64,000 bases of DNA. It comes from Candidatus Bathycorpusculum sp. (lineage in GTDB: Archaea; Thermoproteota; Bathyarchaeia; Bathyarchaeales; Bathycorpusculaceae). The notes beneath the pieces are model-generated. The model saw nothing but the letters and a program-made list of their open reading frames with translations, did no database searches and was not told the origin of the DNA. Below are positions 19,147-29,063 of this stretch, in pieces; the first letter of the stretch is position 1; each line of letters begins with the position of its first letter. The stretch lies in assembly GCA_009781395.1 (NCBI GenBank), contig WQYG01000001.1, positions 3,526 through 67,525 of the forward strand, read 5' to 3'. The translations under genes and the position numbers were made by a program.

Positions 19147-19693
19147 GCTAATTCCTCCATTTGCCTTCCCATAGGGGAGGGTTGTTAAAGTGGGGTCTGT
19201 CCGTTTTTAAAATCGTCATCTTTTTTCAATCAGACTGGGACGGCGACATCATCCCCCATATTAATGCGTTGTCTCCATTAAATAAAGCTATCATTTCCAA
19301 AAATTATTTCACCATAAGACTCGTTACTGATTTCTCATTACTTACAAGTTAAACACTTTTGCGATTAATCCCAACCAAACCTCAAAACACATCTTACAAA
19401 CAAGCACCTAAAACTTCTCAAAACTACAACAACAAGCTTTCAAACCTCCCCGAAACTCAATGTAAAAAGCACGCTCCTTCCCCACCTTCTAATAGTTAAC
19501 CGAGCGATTCACCCAAAACCTGCACAATACCTACTTTAAAAAACAACTCAAACCCAGTGCTCCGCAAAAACCATAAGCCTATTCAACTCTTTTTGAATTG
19601 ATGTTGGCGGGATTTTAATCATACCCTATACTGTTGGCGGGCATCCATTAAATAAAAAAGGAGTGCAAGACTACCAAAGAACAATTATGTAGC

Positions 19694-20020
19694 CTATTTT
19701 GTTGTTGTTTTGTATTCTTTAAAGAAGGCCAAAGTTTCTTTTATGGAAGTGATGACTCTTTTTTCTATATCATTTAGAGTTATTATGGGAATGTTTTTGG
19801 GGTCTATTTCAAATTGTGTAAATGCTTCCATATTTGGGGCATCAAAAATTGCATATGAGGTATGTCCTGCACGATCGGTCCATACGCCAACAACTTTTAT
19901 GTCATATTTAGCAGTCAAATTTTCAAGGGTTTCAAGCCACTGTATCATCAAATCCAAGTTTTTAGGATTACCTAAAGGGCAACTTTCAGGCGAATGCCTC
20001 ATTATTTGTAGAATAAACAT
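19694..20020 (-). CDS. Small alpha/beta-barrel-like hypothetical protein (GYD/DUF3303-like)
   Basis: MRHSPESCP...IKVVGVW...HTSYAIFDAPNMEA. Confidence 0.55.
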   Translation of the reverse strand: MFILQIMRHSPESCPLGNPKNLDLMIQWLETLENLTAKYDIKVVGVWTDRAGHTSYAIFDAPNMEAFTQFEIDPKNIPIITLNDIEKRVITSIKETLAFFKEYKTTTK

Positions 20021-20157
20021 ATTAGATCTTTAACAAAAAATGTACTTATTGTAATAAACCTTAGGTTGCAGTAGCTACTAAATTATTCTTTAAATGACAC
20101 TTGTTACTACGTGTGTTACATACTGACGCTTTTTTAAAAAAGGAAAAGAGGGGGTGT

Positions 20158-20322
20158 TTAGATCTTTTTCTTGTCTAAAACTTCTCTAAAGTTTTTACCG
20201 CAACATTCATACAAACCAATGGTTAGTTGGGTACGTTTCCCTTGTTTATCGGGTTTTCCTGCCATTGTCCAGGTTTTTTTTGCGTCTTTAACTTCTTTTC
20301 CACAAATTGGGCATTTTGCCAT
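20158..20322 (-). CDS. Cren7-like small basic chromatin protein with a Cys4 site
   Basis: KKTWTMAGKPDKQGKRTQLTIGLYECCGKNFR parallels Cren7 (KVWALAPKGRKGVKIGLF...GKYFR); CPIC plus CC. Confidence 0.65.
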   Translation of the reverse strand: MAKCPICGKEVKDAKKTWTMAGKPDKQGKRTQLTIGLYECCGKNFREVLDKKKI

Positions 20323-20466
20323 TGATGATTCCTCTAACATATGTTATCGTACGTTTTTATTTAAAAACATTTTTGATTTATAGATCAAAAATTTTAAACT
20401 AAGCTCAAAACAGGGTTATTTTACCTGAATTTTTAAAGTGCCGCATGTTGAGCACTTATTTTTTGC

Positions 20467-21018
20467 TTAAAAAATCTGCTTTGCAGCGGTCAAATAAACC
20501 TCAAACAGTTGCTCAGTATAGAGAACCATTACAACTTTTTCTACACTCTGCTCTTTTTCAAGAAAATTTTTCATAACTCTAAAAGCCACTTGACTAGCTT
20601 CCTCTGCGGGGTATCTATAGGCACCGGTACTAATTGAGGGAAAAGCAACTGTTTTAAGCCCTTTTGCAACGGCAAGTTTAAGCGAGTTCCTATACGCCTG
20701 CTTTAAAAGCTCTGCTTCACCTTGAAGCCCCCCATGCCAAACAGGACCCACCGTATGAATAACCCATTTAGCCCTCAAATTACCCCCCAAAGTTATTACA
20801 GCATAACCCGTGGGTAACCCATCAGGCCAAATAGTTGATCTTATCTTTTTACACTCCTCCAAAATTTCACAACCCCCCTTACTATGGATAGCTCCATCTA
20901 CACCTAAACCACCTAAAAGCGTCGAATTAGCCGCATTAACAACAACATCAACCTCCATATCCGTTATGTCGCCAACAATTAACTGCACAACAGCTGAACC
21001 AACTTTAAACTCAAACAT
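20467..21018 (-). CDS. Macro domain protein (O-acetyl-ADP-ribose deacetylase, YmdB-like)
   Basis: GDIT, VVNAANSTLLGGLGVDGAIH, VIHTVGP, AFPSISTGAYRYP. Confidence 0.92.
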   Translation of the reverse strand: MFEFKVGSAVVQLIVGDITDMEVDVVVNAANSTLLGGLGVDGAIHSKGGCEILEECKKIRSTIWPDGLPTGYAVITLGGNLRAKWVIHTVGPVWHGGLQGEAELLKQAYRNSLKLAVAKGLKTVAFPSISTGAYRYPAEEASQVAFRVMKNFLEKEQSVEKVVMVLYTEQLFEVYLTAAKQIF

Positions 21019-21038
21019 TCGCTCTTTCAACCTACCTT

Positions 21039-21683
21039 TTATCCTATTAACGTAAACACTGACATTAAAGCTGAACCTATAAAATAGGTACCAAACAACA
21101 AAAAGACCCCTACACAAAACAGTGTAATTCCATAACGTACCCGTGGAGTCCAAAATTTCTGAGATTTAAAAACTAATAAACCAACAAGAGAATACCACAA
21201 AAAATCAATAGACCAATGAACACCTGCAAAAATGCCAAACCCAACAACTCCAAATAGTTGAGCGTTCAAAATTAAAGCCGTACCAATGGTTAACCACCAT
21301 AAAATAAAACCCGCGTTAACTGCAGTAGTCCAAACACCTGAAAACAAAGAGTCACGCTTCAAACTTGTAATTGAATGATCCTCTTGACGATTACGATTTT
21401 TAAATGCTCTAACACCCATAAACAACATCAAAGCACCACCTACAATCCCAACAGTCATCTGCACCCAATTAGGAATCGCAAACTGACTAAGCAAAACATA
21501 AATCAGAATCATCAACGGAAACTCTACAATACCATGGCCTAACGCAATTAACGCGCCTGCAATTTTACTTTTAGCTGATTTTTGAAGGGTAATTGCAAAT
21601 AAAGGACCCGGCATTAAAACACCGCTCAAAGAAATCAACATAACCGAACCTAAAAACACGTAAAAACTTGAAACAAACTCCAA
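21039..21683 (-). CDS. LysE-family translocator
   Basis: SGVLMPGP, ALGHGIVE, WWLTIG; about six TM helices. Confidence 0.85.
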   Translation of the reverse strand: MEFVSSFYVFLGSVMLISLSGVLMPGPLFAITLQKSAKSKIAGALIALGHGIVEFPLMILIYVLLSQFAIPNWVQMTVGIVGGALMLFMGVRAFKNRNRQEDHSITSLKRDSLFSGVWTTAVNAGFILWWLTIGTALILNAQLFGVVGFGIFAGVHWSIDFLWYSLVGLLVFKSQKFWTPRVRYGITLFCVGVFLLFGTYFIGSALMSVFTLIG

Positions 21684-21738
21684 ACAACATACCCTCCTAT
21701 TAATTAGTAAAACATGTTTTGTAAGAGTTATAAATGGT

Positions 21739-22308
21739 TTACTTGCGGTTAGACATAGTTTCTAATAATATTTTTTGCATTTTTACAATATCTTCACTAT
21801 CTTTAGCCGTAACATATTGGTCAAGAAAACGTTGGTTTAACTCAAAAAACGTGTGACCCCACGAAAAAATCCCAAGCATCTCCTCTGCTTCAGCTTTAAA
21901 TCCTGCAATATACAAAGAAGCAGCTAACGCTTCAGCAGTAGTAAGTTTGGTTAATTTCCCAAAATTTACCGGGTTGCTTGCAATTAAAATAGGCAAACAT
22001 CTACTGGTACCTCTAACATGCTCCCCTAACACTTTCTGAGCCTGCTCCCAACTACAATCCAAAGCCGCTAAACCAAAATTTTCAAGACGTTCCCTATCTG
22101 CAGGAGAAAAAGCAATTTCACTGAAAGGATTAAGCACTATAGCCCGTTTAGGCAAAAAACGGATTTTTTTAACAATACGCACAAACCCCCGCCGACTCAA
22201 CCGTAACGCTGTATTCTTTTTAGGATCATCCTGCGCTGCATGATAAACACTAACCCTAACAGCCAAATCATGATTTGGCGCATCGTTGTTATTGTTGCCT
22301 GTCTCCAT
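21739..22308 (-). CDS. tsr3: SSU rRNA aminocarboxypropyltransferase Tsr3
   Basis: QDDPKKNTALRL, LDCSW, RCLPILIASNPVNFG, LTTAEALAA, FSWGHTF. Confidence 0.93.
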   Translation of the reverse strand: METGNNNNDAPNHDLAVRVSVYHAAQDDPKKNTALRLSRRGFVRIVKKIRFLPKRAIVLNPFSEIAFSPADRERLENFGLAALDCSWEQAQKVLGEHVRGTSRCLPILIASNPVNFGKLTKLTTAEALAASLYIAGFKAEAEEMLGIFSWGHTFFELNQRFLDQYVTAKDSEDIVKMQKILLETMSNRK

Positions 22309-23853
22309 TTATTGTCGCACCTTTAAATGATCCATAGGATTAACAAATACTTGAGGGATCCACTCCAAAAGATCGGATGCAAGCATGTGAGAACCTATGT
22401 TAGATGCTACAAAATCACCACAAGCCCCATTCACAAACGCACCCGCAACAGCTGCCTCAAAAGCATCTGCTTTTTGCGCTAACAACCCCCCCACAATACC
22501 TGCAAGTACATCCCCCGTACCCCCAACAGTCATACCCACATTACCCGTAAAATTCAACTTTACCCGCCCAGTAGAACTACAAATAATATCCGGATTACCC
22601 TTAACAAGCAAAACAGCCTTTAACTCTTTAGCAGTCTTTTGAATCATAACAATTCTATCTTCAAGACTTTCCGGAAGCTTTTTTCCCGTAAGAATACTAT
22701 ATTCACCACTATGAGGGGTAAGCACTAAAGACGTTTGCAGAGGCCGTTTAAACTGTGCAAACGCCTTCAAACCATCCGCATCCAAAAGCAACGCCTTACC
22801 CGCTTTCTCCACCCGCTCAACAAACAATTTTACAAACTCAAAAGTCTCACCCTGCAAACCCAACCCAGGCCCTAACACAACAGCATCCACAGACGCTAAA
22901 TAAGGCTCCAAATCCACCACATTACCGGGAGTAAGATTATCACCCAAAAGTTTTATTGAAATTAAATCAGGAGACAATGACGAAATAGCCTGAGCTGTTT
23001 TCTCAGGAGCAGCCGTATAGACAACATCATTACCCGTTCGCAAAGCCGCCATAGATGCAAGAGCAGGAGCACCACAAAAAACACTACTACCACCCACAAC
23101 AAGCAAACGCCCAAAATCACCCTTATGCACCCCCAAAACACGCTTCTTACCCACCAAACCAACATCGCCCGGCCCCGAAAACCGCTCAAACTCTAAAGGC
23201 AAACCAATATCACAAACAACTAACTCCCCAACAAACCCCATAGCCTTACCCAACCCCACCTTAGACTTATAAAACGTAACCGTCAAATCAGCCTTAACAG
23301 CCACATCTAAAACCTCACCCGAATCCGAATCTACCCCTGTAGGCACATCAACAGCAACCTTAAACCCATTCAAAGAATTAATAAACTCAACCATCTGCAA
23401 AACAGGCGCCCTCAACACCCCCTTAGAACCCGTACCCAACAAAGCATCCACAACAACATCCGCCTCAACCAACAAAGACATAGAAAAACTATCCGAAACC
23501 TCAACAACCTGAACACCCCTACAACAACCCTTAACATATTTTAGAGCATTCCAATTCTGCAATGCAGATGAATGATGAATATCTTTACTTTTTCCAACTA
23601 AAACAACCATAACCTGATAACCGCACGCTAAAAGATGACGCGCCGCAACAAACCCATCCCCACCATTCCCACCCAAACCACAAAAGAAAACAACCCTCTT
23701 CGCACTTGGAAAACGCCTCTGAATCTCCACAGCAACACACCTACCCGCATTCTCCATAAGCTGCAACAAACTCACACCAAAATACTCCCCATTAACCTCT
23801 ACAGCACGCATTCCACGACTGGAAATCGAAAGAGACCTATTTCCTGCTTGCAT
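22309..23853 (-). CDS. nnr: Bifunctional NAD(P)H-hydrate epimerase/dehydratase
   Basis: LMENAG, GNGGDG, VDVPTG, HKGDFG, DADG, LTPHSGE, GGTGDVLAG. Confidence 0.93.
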   Translation of the reverse strand: MQAGNRSLSISSRGMRAVEVNGEYFGVSLLQLMENAGRCVAVEIQRRFPSAKRVVFFCGLGGNGGDGFVAARHLLACGYQVMVVLVGKSKDIHHSSALQNWNALKYVKGCCRGVQVVEVSDSFSMSLLVEADVVVDALLGTGSKGVLRAPVLQMVEFINSLNGFKVAVDVPTGVDSDSGEVLDVAVKADLTVTFYKSKVGLGKAMGFVGELVVCDIGLPLEFERFSGPGDVGLVGKKRVLGVHKGDFGRLLVVGGSSVFCGAPALASMAALRTGNDVVYTAAPEKTAQAISSLSPDLISIKLLGDNLTPGNVVDLEPYLASVDAVVLGPGLGLQGETFEFVKLFVERVEKAGKALLLDADGLKAFAQFKRPLQTSLVLTPHSGEYSILTGKKLPESLEDRIVMIQKTAKELKAVLLVKGNPDIICSSTGRVKLNFTGNVGMTVGGTGDVLAGIVGGLLAQKADAFEAAVAGAFVNGACGDFVASNIGSHMLASDLLEWIPQVFVNPMDHLKVRQ

Positions 23854-23913
23854 ACTTTATACCTATAATATTAAACGGTTTTTACCAAATAAGGTTATCC
23901 ATCCAACAACACA

Positions 23914-23941
23914 CCGTATACAAAAGCATCAACAAAACACA
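23914..23941 (+). repeat. 16-bp motif copy 2, within a 28-bp perfect inverted repeat shared with 27509-27536
   Basis: CCGTATACAAAAGCATCAACAAAACACA. Confidence 0.9.
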
Positions 23942-24678
23942 CAAAAACCCAACAACTTACAAAATTCCCCAACCTATACCGAGACATTCTTTAACAAAAT
24001 TTCCATGACCCACTAGGACAAACACCTTTTTACAAATAACCTAAAAACCTGCCACCCAACTCGACAAAAAAATCACAGTACAACCACATTTAAAAAAAAC
24101 AATTTCGAAGTACAACGAACCTTATATAATCATACCTCACAAAAAAACTAACAAAACAACTAAAAACAAAAAATATGAGGTTAACAAAATCACCAAACCA
24201 AAAAACTTCAAAAACAACCCCAAACACACATCTAAACACCAAAAACAACAACAAAAAAACCTTTTTAGACTTAAAACATCCTACGCACAAACAATTTTAC
24301 AGACGTAGGATCTGTAAAAACAGTAACTTGTAATGTTTTAGAAGTAAAATAGGTCGTTAACAGTACAAGTTATTCTATTACAGTTCCTTATGCGTGTTTA
24401 CATAATTTTTGTTTGTACGAAAAACCTTCGAATGGAAAACTTTTACAACAAACAGTTAAATCAACAAAACACTTAACCCATATTTAGCCTTTTATATCTA
24501 AATTTACTTGATTTTAGCTGTCTCGGTATATTCTTGTGTCCGAAAAAACGAAACCATGTTTGTAGAGCAACTGTGATATTGTAGACCAGACTGGTTTTCT
24601 ACAACAATAGTAAACACGTACTGGAACACAAATCTGGCACTTATCGACTGCTTTAAATAAGGTAAAGGGTAATGTTTT

Positions 24679-26130
24679 ATGGGTATAGTTATGTTTAGAA
24701 GTAAACAGATTTCTTTGAGGGGTATAAAATTTTTAGTAACTATAGCTTGTATGTTGTTGTTTGTTGTTGGTTGTTTTACTACTATGCCTTTAATGGCAAA
24801 CTCTACAGAGTTAGCTGAAGATTCTTGGAATACAAAAACGCCGATGTCCAATTATCCATGGGGGAACCCTGAAATTGTTGTTTTGGACGGTAAAATTTAC
24901 ACTATAGGAGGTGGTGATCTTCAGGGTAACACAACAAATTCTGGTTATGTGGAATGCTATGAACCAAAGATCGATACCTGGACCACTTTAACGTCCATGC
25001 CTACACCAAGAGCTGATGTTAGCATCGTTGTGTATCAAGGCAAGATTTACTGCATAGGCGGATATGTCTCTAATTCAGGCTCAATACCCATGATTCGCTA
25101 CACAGATATAGTTGAGGTTTACGATCCCAAAACTGATAGTTGGAGTAAAAAAACATCCGTGCCAATTGAAACCAGGACACCCATACAAGCTTGTGTGGTG
25201 CGTGAGCAACTTTTCGTCATAGGCCTAAATGGCGAATTATGTTTATATGACCCAGCTGCTGATAGCTGGAGCCATAAAGCTTCCTTAGTAGTTGAAATAC
25301 CCTCCAAACAATTGGCACCGTATAAACACGGTTATGCCGTAAATGGACAACTTTTCGTCCTAGTCCAAAAAGGACATCGTTTAGAGATGTATATGTATAA
25401 TTCTGACGCAGATCTATGGACAAAAAAAGACAATCCACCCATAGAAAATGATGCATATGTAACTACTGTGAAGGGCAGGACTGTTGTGGTGGACAACAAG
25501 CTAATAATTCCAGAATGGAATGGGGTTTACCAGAATATTGCCCCATCAAACCAGGATACCACTGGCATAAACAGTGACAAGTATAGTGGTTTAACTATGA
25601 GAACCAAGGTTATTGGTGTTACGTGGAAGCTTTGGATTTATAATTCAAAAACGGATAGTTGGAGTGAAGGAAAAACAAGTCCTATGTTTACAAACTCGGG
25701 CGACCAAATTTTTGGAGTAACATCGGGTGTTTATGCACCTGTAAAAGTTTATGTTTTTGGATACACCCAACTTGATCTGGATACTGTCCAAGCAGTTACT
25801 TGGGTTTATGATCCTGCAAAAAATGTTTGGTCAACCGCAAACGCTCTGCAGATGGACCGGCAGGTGTCTACACAAAGTTTTGACAAGTTGGTTATTGCTG
25901 ATGACATTTATTATCTGATGGGGAAGGGCGGTCTTAACGAACAATATACTCCAATAGGGTACTCACCTGAGACGGGCCATCTGCTATACAAGTCATCAAG
26001 CACTGGTAGAGATCAATCATTAAACATCACTGCCATAGTTACAATAGTTCTGACAATTAGCGTTGTTACTGTATGCTTATTTGGTTATTTCAGAAAAAAA
26101 CGGAAAACGGGTAAAGGAAAAATGTTTTGA
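24679..26130 (+). CDS. Secreted kelch-repeat protein with C-terminal TM anchor (kelch 2)
   Basis: KIYTIGG...YEPKIDTW, KIYCIGG...YDPKTDSW; TM helix plus RKKRK tail. Confidence 0.88.
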   Translation: MGIVMFRSKQISLRGIKFLVTIACMLLFVVGCFTTMPLMANSTELAEDSWNTKTPMSNYPWGNPEIVVLDGKIYTIGGGDLQGNTTNSGYVECYEPKIDTWTTLTSMPTPRADVSIVVYQGKIYCIGGYVSNSGSIPMIRYTDIVEVYDPKTDSWSKKTSVPIETRTPIQACVVREQLFVIGLNGELCLYDPAADSWSHKASLVVEIPSKQLAPYKHGYAVNGQLFVLVQKGHRLEMYMYNSDADLWTKKDNPPIENDAYVTTVKGRTVVVDNKLIIPEWNGVYQNIAPSNQDTTGINSDKYSGLTMRTKVIGVTWKLWIYNSKTDSWSEGKTSPMFTNSGDQIFGVTSGVYAPVKVYVFGYTQLDLDTVQAVTWVYDPAKNVWSTANALQMDRQVSTQSFDKLVIADDIYYLMGKGGLNEQYTPIGYSPETGHLLYKSSSTGRDQSLNITAIVTIVLTISVVTVCLFGYFRKKRKTGKGKMF

Positions 26131-26149
26131 TATCGTGAGTGTTTAGTTG

Positions 26150-27232
26150 TTAGATTAAGAAGTCTTGGAGTCGTAGTTGGCCGCTCTTTTTTGGTGGTAT
26201 GACTATTTTTTTTAGGTTCTCTATCAAGATGTTTAATCTTTGATCTGTAATTAAATTGGCAAATGCGGTGATCATTTCTTTGTATTTTTCTTCATTTCCT
26301 AGTTTTAACATTTTTATGTACTGGGTTCTTTCGGTTCCTAAGAATAATAGTCGGGGATATCCGCTTCTGTTTAGCATGTAATTAAATATCTCTCGACCGA
26401 CTCTTCCGTTTCCGTCTGTGAAGGGGTGTATCATTTCAAAATGGTAATGAAATAGTGCTGCTTCTTCAAAGGGGTGGTTTTCTTTTTCGATGGCTAAGTA
26501 GTAATTGTGTAGGATTTCTTTTAGTTCTGTTTCGATAAGTTCTGCGGGTGTTATGGGTAGATCACAGCCAGCTATTGCTAAGGCATCTATACGTCTGAAA
26601 TGTCCTGCTGAATTGTAGTCTATGTTGTTCATTATTAGACTGTGGAGATCTTTTATGAAGTCTAAGGTTACTTTTCCTGTGTGTTTGTCTCTACATTTTT
26701 TTACTTTTTTAAAATTTTGAACTTCGTTTATTTCTCGTAAAGTTTTGTCGTTTGGGGGTATTTCGTTTACCAGTAAATCGTGTGCTTGGCTAAGTGTTAG
26801 AGTGTTGCCTTCTATAGCTGTTGTTCCTTGCACGTATTGTATTTCAAAATTTTGTTCATACACTTGACTTTCGTCGGCTGTTAACAGTTTGGCATATTTT
26901 TTGTAGGCGAATCTTGTGGTTTCAAGTAGTCGTAGTTTTTCTTTGTCTAAATAGTTTGTTTTTAGAAAACTTGTGCTTAACTCAACTTCTTTTTCTATTG
27001 CTTGAGTCTCTATCTCATAGGCGTATTGTTCTGATAATTTTTGAAGTTCTTCGGTGGTTGGTTTTTGTTGTCCTATGAATTTTCGCACGTTTATTTTTTT
27101 GTCATTAACTTTTACATCTTTAACTAGGTAATAGGCGTGTTTGTTGGTGGGTGAAACGCGGTGTTCAAGACGATAGGGAATGTTTGTTTTTGAGGTGGGC
27201 ACAGTGTTCTCCAACTTCCAATATGGGACCAC
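26150..27232 (-). CDS. Fic-family protein (putative AMPylase) with an N-terminal extension
   Basis: Canonical HPFTDGNGRVGR motif and inhibitory-type TAIEGN motif. Confidence 0.92.
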   Translation of the reverse strand: MVPYWKLENTVPTSKTNIPYRLEHRVSPTNKHAYYLVKDVKVNDKKINVRKFIGQQKPTTEELQKLSEQYAYEIETQAIEKEVELSTSFLKTNYLDKEKLRLLETTRFAYKKYAKLLTADESQVYEQNFEIQYVQGTTAIEGNTLTLSQAHDLLVNEIPPNDKTLREINEVQNFKKVKKCRDKHTGKVTLDFIKDLHSLIMNNIDYNSAGHFRRIDALAIAGCDLPITPAELIETELKEILHNYYLAIEKENHPFEEAALFHYHFEMIHPFTDGNGRVGREIFNYMLNRSGYPRLLFLGTERTQYIKMLKLGNEEKYKEMITAFANLITDQRLNILIENLKKIVIPPKKSGQLRLQDFLI

Positions 27233-27505
27233 CTTTATTAATTTTTTTAATTTAAGGGGTCACCAAATATACTTGCACATACTGGACAATTTTAGTAATC
27301 AACTATAAAACAATTACACCCAAACACCTAATCAAACACGCTTCTATAGGCCTCTTAAAAATAGTGAATTTGTCTCTGTTTAGAACAGCCCCTAAAAACA
27401 CAAGTAACCTTTTTGTCAACGGATAAAAATTCAAGTGTAAACCTTCACCAAATCCTTATTGTTATTAACTGTCGGCTCAAGTAGCAGGAGTGTTTTTTCG
27501 TTTAG

Positions 27506-27536
27506 AACTGTGTTTTGTTGATGCTTTTGTATACGG
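27506..27536 (-). repeat. 16-bp motif copy 3 (extended)
   Basis: AACTGTGTTTTGTTGATGCTTTTGTATACGG; 29 bp identical to 32965-32993. Confidence 0.9.
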
Positions 27537-28489
27537 GTTTTGGTTGATAGCTATCACCAGTAAAAATCAAAAATTCTGTAAGGGTATTTTTGAAAGCATA
27601 ACAAGTAGCCTTGAGGGCAGTTTATTGTTTTGTGGCAGGTATGTTTAAACTTGTTTTTTAGGCAAGTTTGTCTAATTTTGCAAAATTTTTCAAACTTGGG
27701 GAAAATATGTCTAACTTGACGTTTTGTTGTTGATTTGCAAAAAAACAGTCAAACGCTGCAGAATATTTGTAACTTAAGGTTCAACGTTTGTACGTGTGAC
27801 TTGTTTGTTTAAAAAGACTGTTTTTTACGGGTTTTTTGTCAATATGTTTGTTGTTTGTTGTTGTTTTATGTCGAATTGCTGTTTGGGGAATTTTTGCTCG
27901 ATTTTTTCACCTAAACACAAAATAAAAAACCTCTATAAACACCTAAAATGTGAAAATAGGTGCGGTTTGGTCTTGTTTGACCTGTCCCTAGGGGTCATGT
28001 ATGGACAATATCGGAGCCTCTTAAAAGTACCGTCGAAAATCTACGTACGAAGGAAAAAGGGGCTTCTTCGAAAACTGTTCGAGGTTTTGGGTCACAAATA
28101 TCTATGCTTGGGCTAAAAAATCAGAAGTGAGAATCTTTGACAAAAAACATACAAACTTTGGTAGAAACAAATCAGCGAATCTTTGTCTATATGGCGTGGT
28201 TATTGTTTTGGTTTGTGGTGTGGGGGGTTGTTTGTTTTTTTGTGGGGGTTATCGGAGATTTGTTGTTGTTGGCTGTGTTTTGTTTTGGGTTGTTTTGTTG
28301 TATGTTGTTGTTTGTATTTTTTTGTTGTTGGAGAGTAGAGTGTTGTTCTGTGTTTAACAGGCCCAAATATGCTGTTATTTTGTTTGTTTTTACATATGAG
28401 AAATACTGTTGTGTTGTATTGGTTGTATTGGTATTTAATGCCACCAATATTCATCACCAGTACACACCAGTTTTTGGCGGGTTTAGTGC

Positions 28490-28505
28490 GTATACAAAAG
28501 CATCA
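28490..28505 (+). repeat. 16-bp motif copy 4
   Basis: Exact GTATACAAAAGCATCA. Confidence 0.85.
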
Positions 28506-28583
28506 CCCAAACACAATTGCCGCAGTCGTGTTAACAAACATTTTATCCTGCCTAACCCTAAAGATTGTAAAGGTAATAGTTTA

Positions 28584-29063
28584 ATGAGTAAAGACTTTGA
28601 TAGAGTAAAGCTTCGTCGATGGCGTAAACGTGGATTCTACAGTGAAGCCGCACTGGTAAAGTTACTCAAAAAGAAAGGCTACAACGCCGTAAGAGTCCCC
28701 GTAAGCAACCCCAGCCTAAACCCCCTACCCGATGTCATTGCACGCAAAGGCCAACACACATACGCCTTTGAAGTAAAAAACGCCACCTACTACGCCTACT
28801 TTCCCAAAGTCCAAATCGACAAACTATTCCAATTCCTAGACCAATTCATACCCACCGACAACAAATACAAACACGCCGTCGCAGCAGCCCACTTGGGAAA
28901 AAAATGGCTCTTTAAAGAAATCACCTGGACCGACTGGGAAAAAAACAAAATCCCCGAAAAAGTCCGAATCCTAAAACGCGACCGAGGCAACCTAAACCCC
29001 GACAAAACATACCAACAAGAAAACACACCACCACAACCACCCAACACTGACAGGGACACTTAA
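28584..29063 (+). CDS. Hjc-like PD-(D/E)xK nuclease (Holliday junction resolvase-like)
   Basis: RGFYSEAALVKLLKKKGYNAVR...PDVIA...AFEVK; the longer ORF from 28137 is a low-complexity extension. Confidence 0.8.
   Translation: MSKDFDRVKLRRWRKRGFYSEAALVKLLKKKGYNAVRVPVSNPSLNPLPDVIARKGQHTYAFEVKNATYYAYFPKVQIDKLFQFLDQFIPTDNKYKHAVAAAHLGKKWLFKEITWTDWEKNKIPEKVRILKRDRGNLNPDKTYQQENTPPQPPNTDRDT

Noticed and set aside
19330-19680. Non-coding A/C-rich stretch with a 10-bp direct repeat TGTTGGCGGG
   Set aside because: Only two short copies and no ends or ORF; may be chance.
7872-28027. GCCTCTTAAAA at about 7872, 27351 and 28017
   Set aside because: Short and AT-rich; consistent with ordinary TATA-like promoter sequence or chance.
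27990-28160. Possible IS1/IS6-type HTH remnant (…VTNIYAWAKK)
   Set aside because: Only a few residues resemble a transposase HTH, in a broken frame; too weak without a profile search.
28137-28583. Long N-terminal extension of the Hjc-like ORF and many 60-170-aa overlapping ORFs rich in V/C/F/G or T/Q/N/K/P
   Set aside because: These are by-products of the G/T and A/C skew, which depletes stop codons; they have no family motifs and overlap better-supported genes or repeats.
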